58,426 nucleotides of DNA, from IMG/VR virus record IMGVR_UViG_3300011114_000309, positions 1-58,426 of that record; one strand, given 5' to 3'. The position numbers and the translations under genes were made by a program. Positions 24,823-33,885 of the stretch are shown one piece after another. The stretch's first letter is position 1; each line of letters starts with the position of its first letter. The stretch comes from a virus. Lineage: Duplodnaviria > Caudoviricetes. A model generated the notes under the pieces. The model ran no database searches, was not told where the DNA came from, and saw only the letters and a program-made list of their open reading frames with translations.

Positions 24823-25625
24823 TGGACTTCATATCGTTTTGCAGGGGACACGGCATCATCATCGACCAGACACCACCAATCGGGGTGTGGAAAAGGTATC
24901 GAACTGAGGATCACCCAAACAAGAAGAACGGCGCAGTGAAATGGATGGGGACGTACGGATTCGTACAGAACCATGCGTTGGATACTGCTGTATCGGTGTG
25001 GCAGTCTGATAAACCGGACGACCTGAAATTTAAGAAGTTCATTCAGGCTGCGACCGATAAGACTCAAGAGACGCAGGAACGTGCGGCAAAGAAGGCCGGA
25101 TGGATTCTGAATCAGTGTGAACTGTTTACCCATGAGTACTTTCTACGGAAAGGTTTTCCGGATGAACGTGGGAATGTGTGGTTCAAGGATAATGAAAAGA
25201 TCCTGGTCATTCCGATGCGGATAGGGACTCGGTTGGTCGGATGCCAGATGATCAGTGAGACCGGAGATAAGAAGTTTTTGTTCGGCCAAAAGACCAGTGG
25301 GGCTGAATTTGTGTTTGATAACAAAGGCCCAAACTTTTGGTGCGAGGGATACGCCACGGCGTTAAGCCTTCGGATGATCTTAAAGTCGATGAAGCGTAGG
25401 TATACGATTCACGTTTGTTTCTCGGCACATAACATGCAGAAACTTGCCAAGGACGGGTATGTGATCGCGGATAACGACGCAAGCGAGACGGGTGAGACGG
25501 TAGCGAAGCGAAGTGGCTTGCCTTATTTCATGCCACCGGACGTTGGCGATGACTTCAACGATTACCACAGGAAAGTCGGGATACTAAAAGCCGGACTCTC
25601 GCTAACAAAATCACTGCGTTTGTAA
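24822..25625 (+). CDS. Toprim-domain primase-like protein
   Basis: CEGYATA, IADND, DFND motifs; follows the helicase. Confidence 0.85.
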   Translation: MDFISFCRGHGIIIDQTPPIGVWKRYRTEDHPNKKNGAVKWMGTYGFVQNHALDTAVSVWQSDKPDDLKFKKFIQAATDKTQETQERAAKKAGWILNQCELFTHEYFLRKGFPDERGNVWFKDNEKILVIPMRIGTRLVGCQMISETGDKKFLFGQKTSGAEFVFDNKGPNFWCEGYATALSLRMILKSMKRRYTIHVCFSAHNMQKLAKDGYVIADNDASETGETVAKRSGLPYFMPPDVGDDFNDYHRKVGILKAGLSLTKSLRL

Positions 25626-25817
25626 AGCATAAAAGACCCCTTCAACTTTCATGTGGGAGGGGTTTTCCCGTTCGGTATGCTTCAGGAACATGAGCATTTC
25701 CATGCCAAGGGAATAGCTAGCTTCGCCTGGGCCATAGTGATCGGCACTGACTCGTACAAAGCCGGTTTCATCTTCCATCAAATAGATGGCGAACATCGTC
25801 TTATTTTTCATGGTCAT
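25611..25817 (-). CDS. Hypothetical protein
   Basis: Probable start MTMKNKTMFAIY just after the DpdA-like stop. Confidence 0.5.
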   Translation of the reverse strand: MTMKNKTMFAIYLMEDETGFVRVSADHYGPGEASYSLGMEMLMFLKHTERENPSHMKVEGVFYALQTQ

Positions 25818-25821
25818 CGTC

Positions 25822-26550
25822 CTAGATGAACAAAGGCTTTTGATATTGCATGGTATTGATGCGATCTTCAAACACTTTCGCTTCCCGCCAATCATTTCCG
25901 TTGCGGCGTTCGTACCGAGCGGCAAAAGACCATGCCATAGAGTCTGCTGTGTAGAGTAATTCACGCACCAATCCGGATGATAGGGCAGTAGTCTTTACAC
26001 CAAACCCGTGAAGACGTAGATCGGGACGTTCGGTTTTGATAGCAAGCAGTACTTGCTCGATAGATGCGATGTTGTTATTGCGTTTGCATACGGACCCCAC
26101 ACCGACCCACATGCCTTGCTTTAGGCGGTCTCCGTACATACGGATGTGATTAACGTAGTCTTGTGGGTCGTACCCTTGCAGGACCGGAATGATGTAAACA
26201 CCTCCAACGTCATGTTGAAGCAGCTCGTCGTAGCGTTCGATGGTCATGCGTTGATGTTCGGGTATGGTTTTCCCGGTCATCTTCAGGACAAATGCTTCGC
26301 ACATAAAATCCTGGGACACTGCGGCTAGTAGGTTGCCGCAGGTGGAGAATCGTTTGATGTGATGGGCATATTCAGACACGGGGAAACGGTATCCCCCATG
26401 TCTGACCACCTCGGTAAATGCACCTGAATCCATGATCCAGTCGTTGACTGGGAAATGGCTTTTGCGATTCCGTATGGTGTTTACGGAAATAAAAGCAGAC
26501 TCAAAGTGTTTCGAGTCTGCGGGGTGATGCAGTCCAGTGAAAAACCTCAT
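25822..26550 (-). CDS. TGT-fold 7-deazaguanine DNA transglycosylase-like protein (DpdA-like)
   Basis: MDSGAF, QDFMCE, PVLQG, GVGSVC, LHGFG, ADSMAWS motifs. Confidence 0.8.
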   Translation of the reverse strand: MRFFTGLHHPADSKHFESAFISVNTIRNRKSHFPVNDWIMDSGAFTEVVRHGGYRFPVSEYAHHIKRFSTCGNLLAAVSQDFMCEAFVLKMTGKTIPEHQRMTIERYDELLQHDVGGVYIIPVLQGYDPQDYVNHIRMYGDRLKQGMWVGVGSVCKRNNNIASIEQVLLAIKTERPDLRLHGFGVKTTALSSGLVRELLYTADSMAWSFAARYERRNGNDWREAKVFEDRINTMQYQKPLFI

Positions 26551-26641
26551 TCAGAAAACCACCATTTCACCATCATCCAACCAAGTGCAACACCGGATAC
26601 AACCATCACCACAAGGTCTAAGACCAAATCAGTTAAACGTT

Positions 26642-26863
26642 TCATGCCCAAGCCTCCAAAAATTCAGCGTCTGACTTTTGACCCTCGAGAATCTGAGTGT
26701 TCAGCCAATGGTCATAGATATCGACCAAGGGTTCGAGGTTTTGACCGTGACGGTCTACGAACTCCCAAACTTGGATGAACGCATAGAGAAAATCGCGTTG
26801 ATCTTGAGTGAGTCGGGATCCGTATTCAAAAAGCATCTCGTCGGCGGTTCTATTGGGCATCAT
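26642..26863 (-). CDS. Hypothetical protein
   Basis: AAGGA RBS; member of leftward operon 3. Confidence 0.6.
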   Translation of the reverse strand: MMPNRTADEMLFEYGSRLTQDQRDFLYAFIQVWEFVDRHGQNLEPLVDIYDHWLNTQILEGQKSDAEFLEAWA

Positions 26864-27010
26864 GTTGATTTTCCTTTTGGTCTATTAAATCGCCCACGGC
26901 TAACCAGTAGCGGTAACCGAGGCTTTCGGATGGAAACTTGCTTGCCATGTACATACAAAAGACATAAGCATGCTCTCCGTACATGGCAACTACTTTGTCG
27001 GCGGTCCGGT

Positions 27011-27139
27011 TCATTTCAGGATGAAATCGTCGATAACGTAGGACCGAAGGCCCAACTTGCGCGCGGCTTGAAGGGCTAAAGCTTCGGTGGTAAAGACGCC
27101 GATGACATCGACGCCGGACATGAGTACGAAGACTTTCAT
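27011..27139 (-). CDS. Hypothetical 42-aa protein (not in ORF track)
   Basis: MKVFVLMSGVDVIGVFTTEALA...; starts just after the GP88-like stop. Confidence 0.55.
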   Translation of the reverse strand: MKVFVLMSGVDVIGVFTTEALALQAARKLGLRSYVIDDFILK

Positions 27140-27140
27140 G

Positions 27141-27809
27141 CTAATGCTCGATAAAGGCTATCGCCTTAGTCGTGGACCAACAAAGGCCGCATGTCAGGCA
27201 TGAGGAGGTTTTCCCGGTTTGTTCCGGGCATGTAATGCCTTCGCCCATGACGTTAGCCGACATGGATCCACCCTTGTCGGACCATCGGATCCACGCGCGA
27301 TCATTTTGCAGATTGTCGGCTATGGCATCGGCGATCGGACCGTCGGTTCTATGGGTGTAACCGAAGACATGCAACGAAGGGTATGCCCGAAGGGCATTAG
27401 CCCAAAAATCTACATAATCCGTACTGTAAAAGTCTCCTAAGACATGAAGACGAACTACAAACCCTTGCGGATGTTTCCGGGCTAAATAGTCCAGTTCGTC
27501 ATTAAGTCTCATTTCCAATAATTCGGGTTCGGACGAACTAATCCGGTGAGCGAACCCCATATTGTTCCCGAAGCATCGGTCCCATTGCTGACATGATCGG
27601 GAACAGGTAGCCCGTTCTTCAAGAGTAAGGGTGTACATGGGCATACCGGACCATTTACCCTTTGTGACTACGTTCGAACCCGCACCAAGCTTGGCATTTC
27701 CCGAAGCCGGTTTAAGTAGACGCGAAGCATAGTCGGCTAAGGGTTTAACCGTCTTCGGGTGAATTGTCACGGCATGCTCGAGTGCCGGGTGATTTGCGCG
27801 TAGTCTCAT
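27141..27809 (-). CDS. GP88-like Cys-rich protein (radical-SAM-related)
   Basis: SGNAKLG, TCSRSCQQWDRCF, VRLHVLGDFYS, FGYTH, CPEQ...CLTCGLCW; GGAG RBS before ATG 27809. Confidence 0.7.
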   Translation of the reverse strand: MRLRANHPALEHAVTIHPKTVKPLADYASRLLKPASGNAKLGAGSNVVTKGKWSGMPMYTLTLEERATCSRSCQQWDRCFGNNMGFAHRISSSEPELLEMRLNDELDYLARKHPQGFVVRLHVLGDFYSTDYVDFWANALRAYPSLHVFGYTHRTDGPIADAIADNLQNDRAWIRWSDKGGSMSANVMGEGITCPEQTGKTSSCLTCGLCWSTTKAIAFIEH

Positions 27810-27824
27810 TGTTATCTCCGTTAG

Positions 27825-27866
27825 TAGGTCCACAAAAACCCTCCGCGAAGGGTTTTAATTGACCTA
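27825..27866 (-). terminator. Hairpin / intrinsic terminator between leftward genes
   Basis: AAAACCCT-CCGCGA-AGGGTTTT, extended by TAGGTC/GACCTA. Confidence 0.55.
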
Positions 27867-28160
27867 CTTGAGAGCAAGCTTCAAGGCCTTGATCCAGTAC
27901 TTTTCTTTTCTCTCCGGTCCTACGAAGTGCAAGTGTTCGGTCCTGTACTCTCCGGTCCTATAGTCTTGTTCGGGTTCGCTCGATACCCAAGTATCCGGAC
28001 CGATAACAGAACTTGAAGGGTGAGGAAAGAAACGTAACTGCCTGACTAAATCACGAAACGAAAAAGGCTCGAATTCGAACTCGAAGCCTGACTCCTCCAC
28101 TTCGCCATGCTCGGCGGACTCTTCGGTGATTACTTCGTAGGTTTTACTGATTAAAAGCAT
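27864..28160 (-). CDS. Hypothetical phage protein
   Basis: GGAG RBS; TYEVITEESAEHGE motif. Confidence 0.7.
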   Translation of the reverse strand: MLLISKTYEVITEESAEHGEVEESGFEFEFEPFSFRDLVRQLRFFPHPSSSVIGPDTWVSSEPEQDYRTGEYRTEHLHFVGPERKEKYWIKALKLALK

Positions 28161-28211
28161 TTTTTACACTCCAAAAAATAGGGTTTGAACCAGCTCCAAA
28201 TCTATAGCGGT

Positions 28212-28377
28212 TTACTCGTCTTCGACATCGATAATGTCAATTTGGTAGTCGGCGGAATTCAATTCCTCGTCGATGTCAGTACATCCATTGAGGATCAAAT
28301 CGCGCAACTCCTCCTCGGATTTGGCGCTGATTGCCCGGGTAACGGAAACGGTTACGGTTACGGTGTAGGTTTTCATG
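28212..28377 (-). CDS. Hypothetical acidic protein, first gene of leftward operon 3
   Basis: GGAG RBS; MKTYTVTVTVSVTRAISAKSEEE; start approximate. Confidence 0.6.
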
Positions 28378-28408
28378 TATCGCTCCGGTGTTTGGTGTAC
28401 GAACTTCC

Positions 28409-28438
28409 ATCTTAGTACACTTAATCGCACCATGTCAA
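28409..28438 (-). promoter_or_regulatory. sigma70 promoter, leftward operon 3
   Basis: TTGACA-N18-TAAGAT on the minus strand. Confidence 0.65.
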
Positions 28439-28458
28439 GCGATTATGCTGAGGGTTTG

Positions 28459-28487
28459 TTGTTTTCCTCTTTTGTTCCCATTAGAAT
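28459..28487 (+). promoter_or_regulatory. Candidate rightward promoter for terS
   Basis: TTGTTT-N17-TAGAAT. Confidence 0.5.
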
Positions 28488-28522
28488 CGCGCGATGATCA
28501 ATAGCCCGAAGGGCAATAGCCT

Positions 28523-29203
28523 ATGAAGCTTTCACGTAAACAAGCAAAGGAAACGCTAGAAACAATCCCAAGTGAGATATTGCTAGGGAAGTCCGTTTCC
28601 AAAGGGTTAACCCATAAGCAAAGGGAATTTGCACGAAGGGTAGCAATGGGACAAACAAAGGCTAGTGCATACAGACAAGCGTATAAGGAAAACGCAAGCA
28701 AACGAACTCTAGCGTGCAAACCCTACGAACTAATGCGCGATGAGAGGATACAGAGAGAGATCCAAGCGTATGAACTGGCAATTGAGTCGGCGAAATATCG
28801 AACCCCTATTGCCCTTCGCGAACTTGTAATCCAATCCTTAGTTCAAACACTGATCGATCCCCAGGCTAAACACGCACAAAGGGTCGCGGCGGCGAAGGTA
28901 CTCGGAACCGTCGCAGAGGTATCCGCCTTCGTTGATCGCAAGGAGATTACTCACGTTTCATCGAGCGAACACGCTAGAGACCAAATCATGGACATGCTCT
29001 CGGACATGCTGAAGGCGAACGCCATCGACGTGGACCCCACCTCATTGATTCAGGAACTGGGGGGAACCCACCCCTCCCCCACCCCCCTTGACGCTGAATC
29101 GGAGTCCCCTCCGCATGTACATACTATTCCCCACGAATCAGCCACCTCTGAATCAGATACCCCCACCCCCTTTCAAAATTCCGACCAAGATAGTGATAAG
29201 TAA
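28523..29203 (+). CDS. terS: Terminase small subunit
   Basis: LTHKQREFARRVAMGQTKASAYRQAY HTH typical of TerS; upstream of TerL. Confidence 0.75.
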   Translation: MKLSRKQAKETLETIPSEILLGKSVSKGLTHKQREFARRVAMGQTKASAYRQAYKENASKRTLACKPYELMRDERIQREIQAYELAIESAKYRTPIALRELVIQSLVQTLIDPQAKHAQRVAAAKVLGTVAEVSAFVDRKEITHVSSSEHARDQIMDMLSDMLKANAIDVDPTSLIQELGGTHPSPTPLDAESESPPHVHTIPHESATSESDTPTPFQNSDQDSDK

Positions 29204-29280
29204 AATAGCGAAAACCCCCCATGTATGATTTGGTACCATCTTGTATGGGGATATATACCAACTTACAGCTATGCATACCA

Positions 29281-29306
29281 AAACTCCATAAACGTTTATG
29301 GAGTTT
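29281..29306. repeat. Perfect 26-bp palindrome, copy 2 (putative operator)
   Basis: AAACTCCATAAACGTTTATGGAGTTT; differs from copy 1 only in the central 2 bp. Confidence 0.9.
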
Positions 29307-29332
29307 GCGGTATAGGTTATAGAATATGTGAA

Positions 29333-29614
29333 ATGGTCAGTGTACCAAAGTTCACCAAGAATTCGACCTTTGAGGAGTGTATTGGAGTCATGTCGCCGGT
29401 ACAGAGGGATATGTTTATTTTGATTGATGAGTATTGGAAGAAGTTCCAATATAGCCCTACGTTGAGGGAGCTGGCGTACTTACGGGGGAAGATGGGGATA
29501 GGGAATACGAAACGGATTGTGGACCAGTTAGTGAGGATTGGCGCGGTTAAGAAGGTAGGTAAGAGAGGACGTACGATTCGGCCTATATATATCAACTTTA
29601 GGAATTTGGATTGA
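29333..29614 (+). CDS. LexA-like DNA-binding domain protein
   Basis: MSPVQRDMF..IDEYW...YSPTLRELA...LVRIGAV...RTIR; no peptidase domain; start uncertain (29333 or 29390). Confidence 0.75.
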   Translation: MVSVPKFTKNSTFEECIGVMSPVQRDMFILIDEYWKKFQYSPTLRELAYLRGKMGIGNTKRIVDQLVRIGAVKKVGKRGRTIRPIYINFRNLD

Positions 29615-30051
29615 GAAGGGTTGATTTAACGGAAGTGGAGAAGAAGGTAGTCATGATGGTGGCTAGGGAGAAGTATGAGTACAGTAGGGACCATCATGTA
29701 GATATGAAGCGGATGGAAGATGGGTTACAGGCAGATATAGATGGGATGATTGGAGAGGTTTGTTTTGGGAAGATGTTTAACTACTTTGTGAATTTAAGTG
29801 CAAGGAAGGCTGATGCGGACTTTTATACAAAAGATGGGAAGTCTATTGATGTGAAGAGTACGAGGTACAAGACGGGGAGATTAGTGGCGACGATTAATAA
29901 GAAGAGGAGTCCGTGTGATTTATATGTCTTGATGGTGATTGACGACGAAGGTGGTTGGTATAAAGGTTATGTGAGTAAAGAAGAATTATTTAGAGACGAG
30001 AACATTAAGGACTTAGGCCACGGGCCTACGTATGTCTATGAAATTAGATGA
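29611..30051 (+). CDS. Putative PD-(D/E)XK nuclease-fold protein
   Basis: GMIGE...DADF...IDVKST motif. Confidence 0.6.
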   Translation: MRRVDLTEVEKKVVMMVAREKYEYSRDHHVDMKRMEDGLQADIDGMIGEVCFGKMFNYFVNLSARKADADFYTKDGKSIDVKSTRYKTGRLVATINKKRSPCDLYVLMVIDDEGGWYKGYVSKEELFRDENIKDLGHGPTYVYEIR

Positions 30052-31519
30052 CTTGATACAGAAGCTTCCTGTTGCAGAGCAGGAGAAGTTATTAAGTCAA
30101 GTCATGGCTTATAAAAACGCTGTAGAAAGAGAGCGATGCCAAGCAAAGTTCATGAACTACGTGAAGAAGATGTGGCCTGGATTTATATTGGGCAGGCACC
30201 ATGCCTTGATGGGGCAGAAGTTTGAAGAGATCGCAGAGGGGAAATTAAAAAGACTAATTATCAACATGGCGCCGAGACATACAAAATCGGAGTTTGCTAG
30301 TTACTTATTACCGAGTTGGTATCTGGGCAAGTTCCCTAAAAAGAAAGTTATACAAACATCGAACACGGCGGATTTGGCCGTTAACTTTGGTAGGAAAGTT
30401 AGGAACTTAGTGATAAGTGAGCAGTACGCCGAGGTATTTCCTAACGTTTCTTTAAGGCAGGATAGTAAAGCCGCTGGTCGTTGGGCTACTAATCATGACG
30501 GCGAGTACTTTGCTATCGGCGTAGGTGGTACGGTAACTGGTAAAGGTGCGGACCTTTTAATTATTGACGACCCACATTCAGAACAGGAAGCCACACTAGG
30601 CGATCCTTCTGTGTTTGATAAGGTCTTTGAGTGGTATACGTCAGGTCCAAGACAGCGTCTTCAACCTGGCGGGGCCATCGTCGTAGTCATGACAAGGTGG
30701 TCGGACAGAGACTTGACAGGAAAAATAATTAGTGAAGCGGCGAAAAGGGAAAAGCATGAAGAGTGGGAGGTCATTGAACTGCCTGCCATTATGCCAAGTG
30801 GTAATCCTTTATGGCCGGAGTTTTGGTCATTAAAAGAACTCGAGGATTTAAGGGAAGAACTCCCTCCTTCTAAGTGGAATGCCCAGTACCAACAACAACC
30901 CACCGGCGAGGAAGGTGCCATTATTAAAAGAGAATGGTGGCAGCTATGGGAAAAAGACGACCCGCCGCCTTGTGAATTTATTATTCAGAGTTGGGACACC
31001 GCATTTACAAAGAGTGAACGAGCTGACTTCTCAGCATGTACAACATGGGGTGTGTTTTATAAAGATGAGGATAAACGAGACGCTAACATCATCATGTTAG
31101 ATGCCTTCCAAAAAAGGATGGAGTTCCCAGAGTTAAAAGACAAAGCCTTAAATCAGTATAAATACTGGGAACCTGACGCTTGTATTATCGAGGCCAAAGC
31201 TGCTGGCGCGCCGTTAGTTTTTGAATTAAGACAAATGGGAGTGCCTGTTTCGGAGTACACCCCGGTAAGAGGAAACGATAAATTTGTTAGGATTAATTCG
31301 GTATCGGATCTTTTTAGGTCCGGTAAAGTGTGGCGACCTGATACCCGCTGGGCTGATGAAGTCGTTGAGCAAATGGCGGCATTCCCTAATGCAGAACACG
31401 ACGACCTCGTAGACTCAAGTGTTCAAGCGCTGATACGATTCAGGCAAGGCGGCTTCTTAAGACTGGCATCTGACGAGGAAGATGAGCCGCAAACCTTTCG
31501 ACGGAAAGCCTACTATTAA
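30032..31519 (+). CDS. terL: Terminase large subunit
   Basis: MAPRHTKSE Walker A, LLIIDDPH Walker B, SWDTA and HDDLVDS nuclease motifs. Confidence 0.97.
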   Translation: MSMKLDDLIQKLPVAEQEKLLSQVMAYKNAVERERCQAKFMNYVKKMWPGFILGRHHALMGQKFEEIAEGKLKRLIINMAPRHTKSEFASYLLPSWYLGKFPKKKVIQTSNTADLAVNFGRKVRNLVISEQYAEVFPNVSLRQDSKAAGRWATNHDGEYFAIGVGGTVTGKGADLLIIDDPHSEQEATLGDPSVFDKVFEWYTSGPRQRLQPGGAIVVVMTRWSDRDLTGKIISEAAKREKHEEWEVIELPAIMPSGNPLWPEFWSLKELEDLREELPPSKWNAQYQQQPTGEEGAIIKREWWQLWEKDDPPPCEFIIQSWDTAFTKSERADFSACTTWGVFYKDEDKRDANIIMLDAFQKRMEFPELKDKALNQYKYWEPDACIIEAKAAGAPLVFELRQMGVPVSEYTPVRGNDKFVRINSVSDLFRSGKVWRPDTRWADEVVEQMAAFPNAEHDDLVDSSVQALIRFRQGGFLRLASDEEDEPQTFRRKAYY

Positions 31520-31528
31520 GGATAGACC

Positions 31529-33877
31529 ATGTTAGATAAGCCCCTTGAGCCAATATTGTCCAGTGACTCAGAAATTGAAATTGAAATTGAAAACCCCGAG
31601 TCTGTAACCATCGGCATGGATGGACTCGAGGTCGTTTTAGAACAAGGTGAAGAAACCGCAGAAGACTTCGATGCAAACCTGGCTGACTATATGTCGGAGT
31701 CAGAACTTCAAACCTTGGCGTCTGATTTAATGGGTGAGGTAGACGCCGATATTGGATCCAGAAAAGACTGGGTCGATATGTACGTCAAAGGTTTAGAAGT
31801 CCTTGGTATGAAATATGAAGAGAGAACAGAACCTTGGAACGGTGCCTGCGGTGTGTTCTCCACCTTATTAACAGAAGCAGCCGTGCGGTTTCAATCAGAA
31901 ATGATTATCGAAACCTTCCCTGCCCAAGGACCAGTAAAAACAGAAATCATTGGTCAAATAACCAAAGAAAAAGAAGACTCCGCAGAACGTGTTCGTGACG
32001 ATATGAACTTTCGTTTAACCGAAACAATCCCAGAATACAGACCCGAACATGAACGGATGTTATTTAACTTAGGTCTTAGCGGCGCTGCTTTTAAGAAGGT
32101 TTACTACGATCCTAATTTAGGACGTGAGACATCCATTTTTATTCCGGCTGAGGATGTGATTATTCCTTACGGATCGTCAGGTGCAAGGACGGCGGAACGT
32201 GTCACCCATATGATGCGTAAGACTAAAAACGATATCCATCGTTTACAGGTAAAAGGTTTTTACAGAGACGTAGACCTTGGAGATCCAGTAAAAGTTATTA
32301 ATGATATCGAGGAAAAGAAAGCCGACGAAACAGGGTTTTCTATTAATGATGATGACCGATATCTCATTTGTGAAATACAGGTTGACTATAACTTACCTGG
32401 TTATGAAGTAGACGATGACATCGCGGTTCCTTACATTATTACGATTGATAAAGGAACTAATAAAGTCTTATCGATTTATCGTAACTGGCGTGAAGGCGAT
32501 CACTTATATAGGAAACGCCAGCACTTAGTTCAGTACGATTACGTCCCAGGATTTGGAGCCTATGGGTTTGGATATATCCATCTTATTGGAGGATATGCTC
32601 GAGCAGGCACGATGTTAATTAGGCAACTGGTAGACGCAGGGACATTATCTAACCTACCCGGAGGTCTTAAGTCTCGTGGTTTAAGAGTTAAGGGTGACGA
32701 CACCCCGATTGCACCTGGCGAGTTTAGAGACGTTGACGTACCTAGCGGTGCTATTAAAGACAACATCATGACGCTTCCTTATAAGGAACCGTCACAAGTT
32801 TTAGCTGCTTTATTAGACAAAATCAGCGAAGAAGGAAGGCGTTTAGGTTCTATTGCTGACATGAAAGTCAGTGATATGTCGTCTCAGGCTCCAGTCGGAA
32901 CGACCTTAGCCCTGTTAGAAAGACAGCTAAAGACCATGAGTGCCGTGCAAGCACGTGTTCATGCGGCGATGAAACAGGAATTTAAGCTGTTAAGGGACAT
33001 TATTCGGGACTATACCCCTGAAGAATATGCCTACATCCCTGAAGGTGGTAACCGAAAAGCCAAGCAAGAAGACTACGAACACGTCGATATTATCCCTGTC
33101 AGTGATCCTAACGCTGCAACCATGGCGCAAAGGATCATGCAGTACCAAGCGGTCATTCAATTAGCGGCTCAAGCACCTCAAATTTATGATTTGCCCCAGT
33201 TACACCGGCAAATGATTGAAGTTTTAGGGGTGAAAAACGCCGATAAGTTGGTTCCACTACCTGAAGATCAGCATCCTAAAGACCCTGTATCAGAAAACAT
33301 GGCGTTTTTGCGGATGGAACCCACAAAAGCGTTTATTTATCAGGACCACGACGCGCATATAGCGACGCATATGTCGTTTATCCAAGACCCAATGATCATG
33401 CAAATGATCGGCCAGAACCCTATGGCCCAGCAAATCGCGTCAGCAGTACAGGCTCACGTCGCAGAACACTTGTCTTTCCTCTATAGGAAGAAGATTGAAG
33501 AGCAAATCGGTGTTCCTTTACCGCCGCCTAACGAGAAATTACCTGATGACGTAGAGGTAGAGATCTCAAGACTGACCGCGCAAGCAGGCACACAGCTCTT
33601 GCAGATGAATATGGCCCAAGCCAAACAGGCTCAAGCTATGCAACAAGCCCAAGACCCCATGGTTCAGATGCAACAGGCCGAACTTCAAATCAAAGCCGAA
33701 GAAGTTAAGCGAAAAGCCGCTAAAGATGCAGCAGATATTGCACTTGCACAAGCCAGATTACAGGTTGAGCAAGAACGTATCGCTGTTGAAGCACGTAAAG
33801 AGCAGCAACGTATTGCGGCAAAGTCGTCTGACTTTGACAAGAAGTTAAAAGCTGATGTGTTAACTAAACTAAGGTAA
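31529..33877 (+). CDS. Portal protein
   Basis: 782 aa directly after TerL; Gln-rich C-terminal coiled coil as in P22-like portals. Confidence 0.88.
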   Translation: MLDKPLEPILSSDSEIEIEIENPESVTIGMDGLEVVLEQGEETAEDFDANLADYMSESELQTLASDLMGEVDADIGSRKDWVDMYVKGLEVLGMKYEERTEPWNGACGVFSTLLTEAAVRFQSEMIIETFPAQGPVKTEIIGQITKEKEDSAERVRDDMNFRLTETIPEYRPEHERMLFNLGLSGAAFKKVYYDPNLGRETSIFIPAEDVIIPYGSSGARTAERVTHMMRKTKNDIHRLQVKGFYRDVDLGDPVKVINDIEEKKADETGFSINDDDRYLICEIQVDYNLPGYEVDDDIAVPYIITIDKGTNKVLSIYRNWREGDHLYRKRQHLVQYDYVPGFGAYGFGYIHLIGGYARAGTMLIRQLVDAGTLSNLPGGLKSRGLRVKGDDTPIAPGEFRDVDVPSGAIKDNIMTLPYKEPSQVLAALLDKISEEGRRLGSIADMKVSDMSSQAPVGTTLALLERQLKTMSAVQARVHAAMKQEFKLLRDIIRDYTPEEYAYIPEGGNRKAKQEDYEHVDIIPVSDPNAATMAQRIMQYQAVIQLAAQAPQIYDLPQLHRQMIEVLGVKNADKLVPLPEDQHPKDPVSENMAFLRMEPTKAFIYQDHDAHIATHMSFIQDPMIMQMIGQNPMAQQIASAVQAHVAEHLSFLYRKKIEEQIGVPLPPPNEKLPDDVEVEISRLTAQAGTQLLQMNMAQAKQAQAMQQAQDPMVQMQQAELQIKAEEVKRKAAKDAADIALAQARLQVEQERIAVEARKEQQRIAAKSSDFDKKLKADVLTKLR

Positions 33878-33885
33878 GTCAAATT

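Noticed and set aside
29225-29332. N-terminal extension of the LexA-like ORF as given in the ORF track
   Set aside because: It runs through the palindrome and looks non-protein-like; a later start is more plausible.
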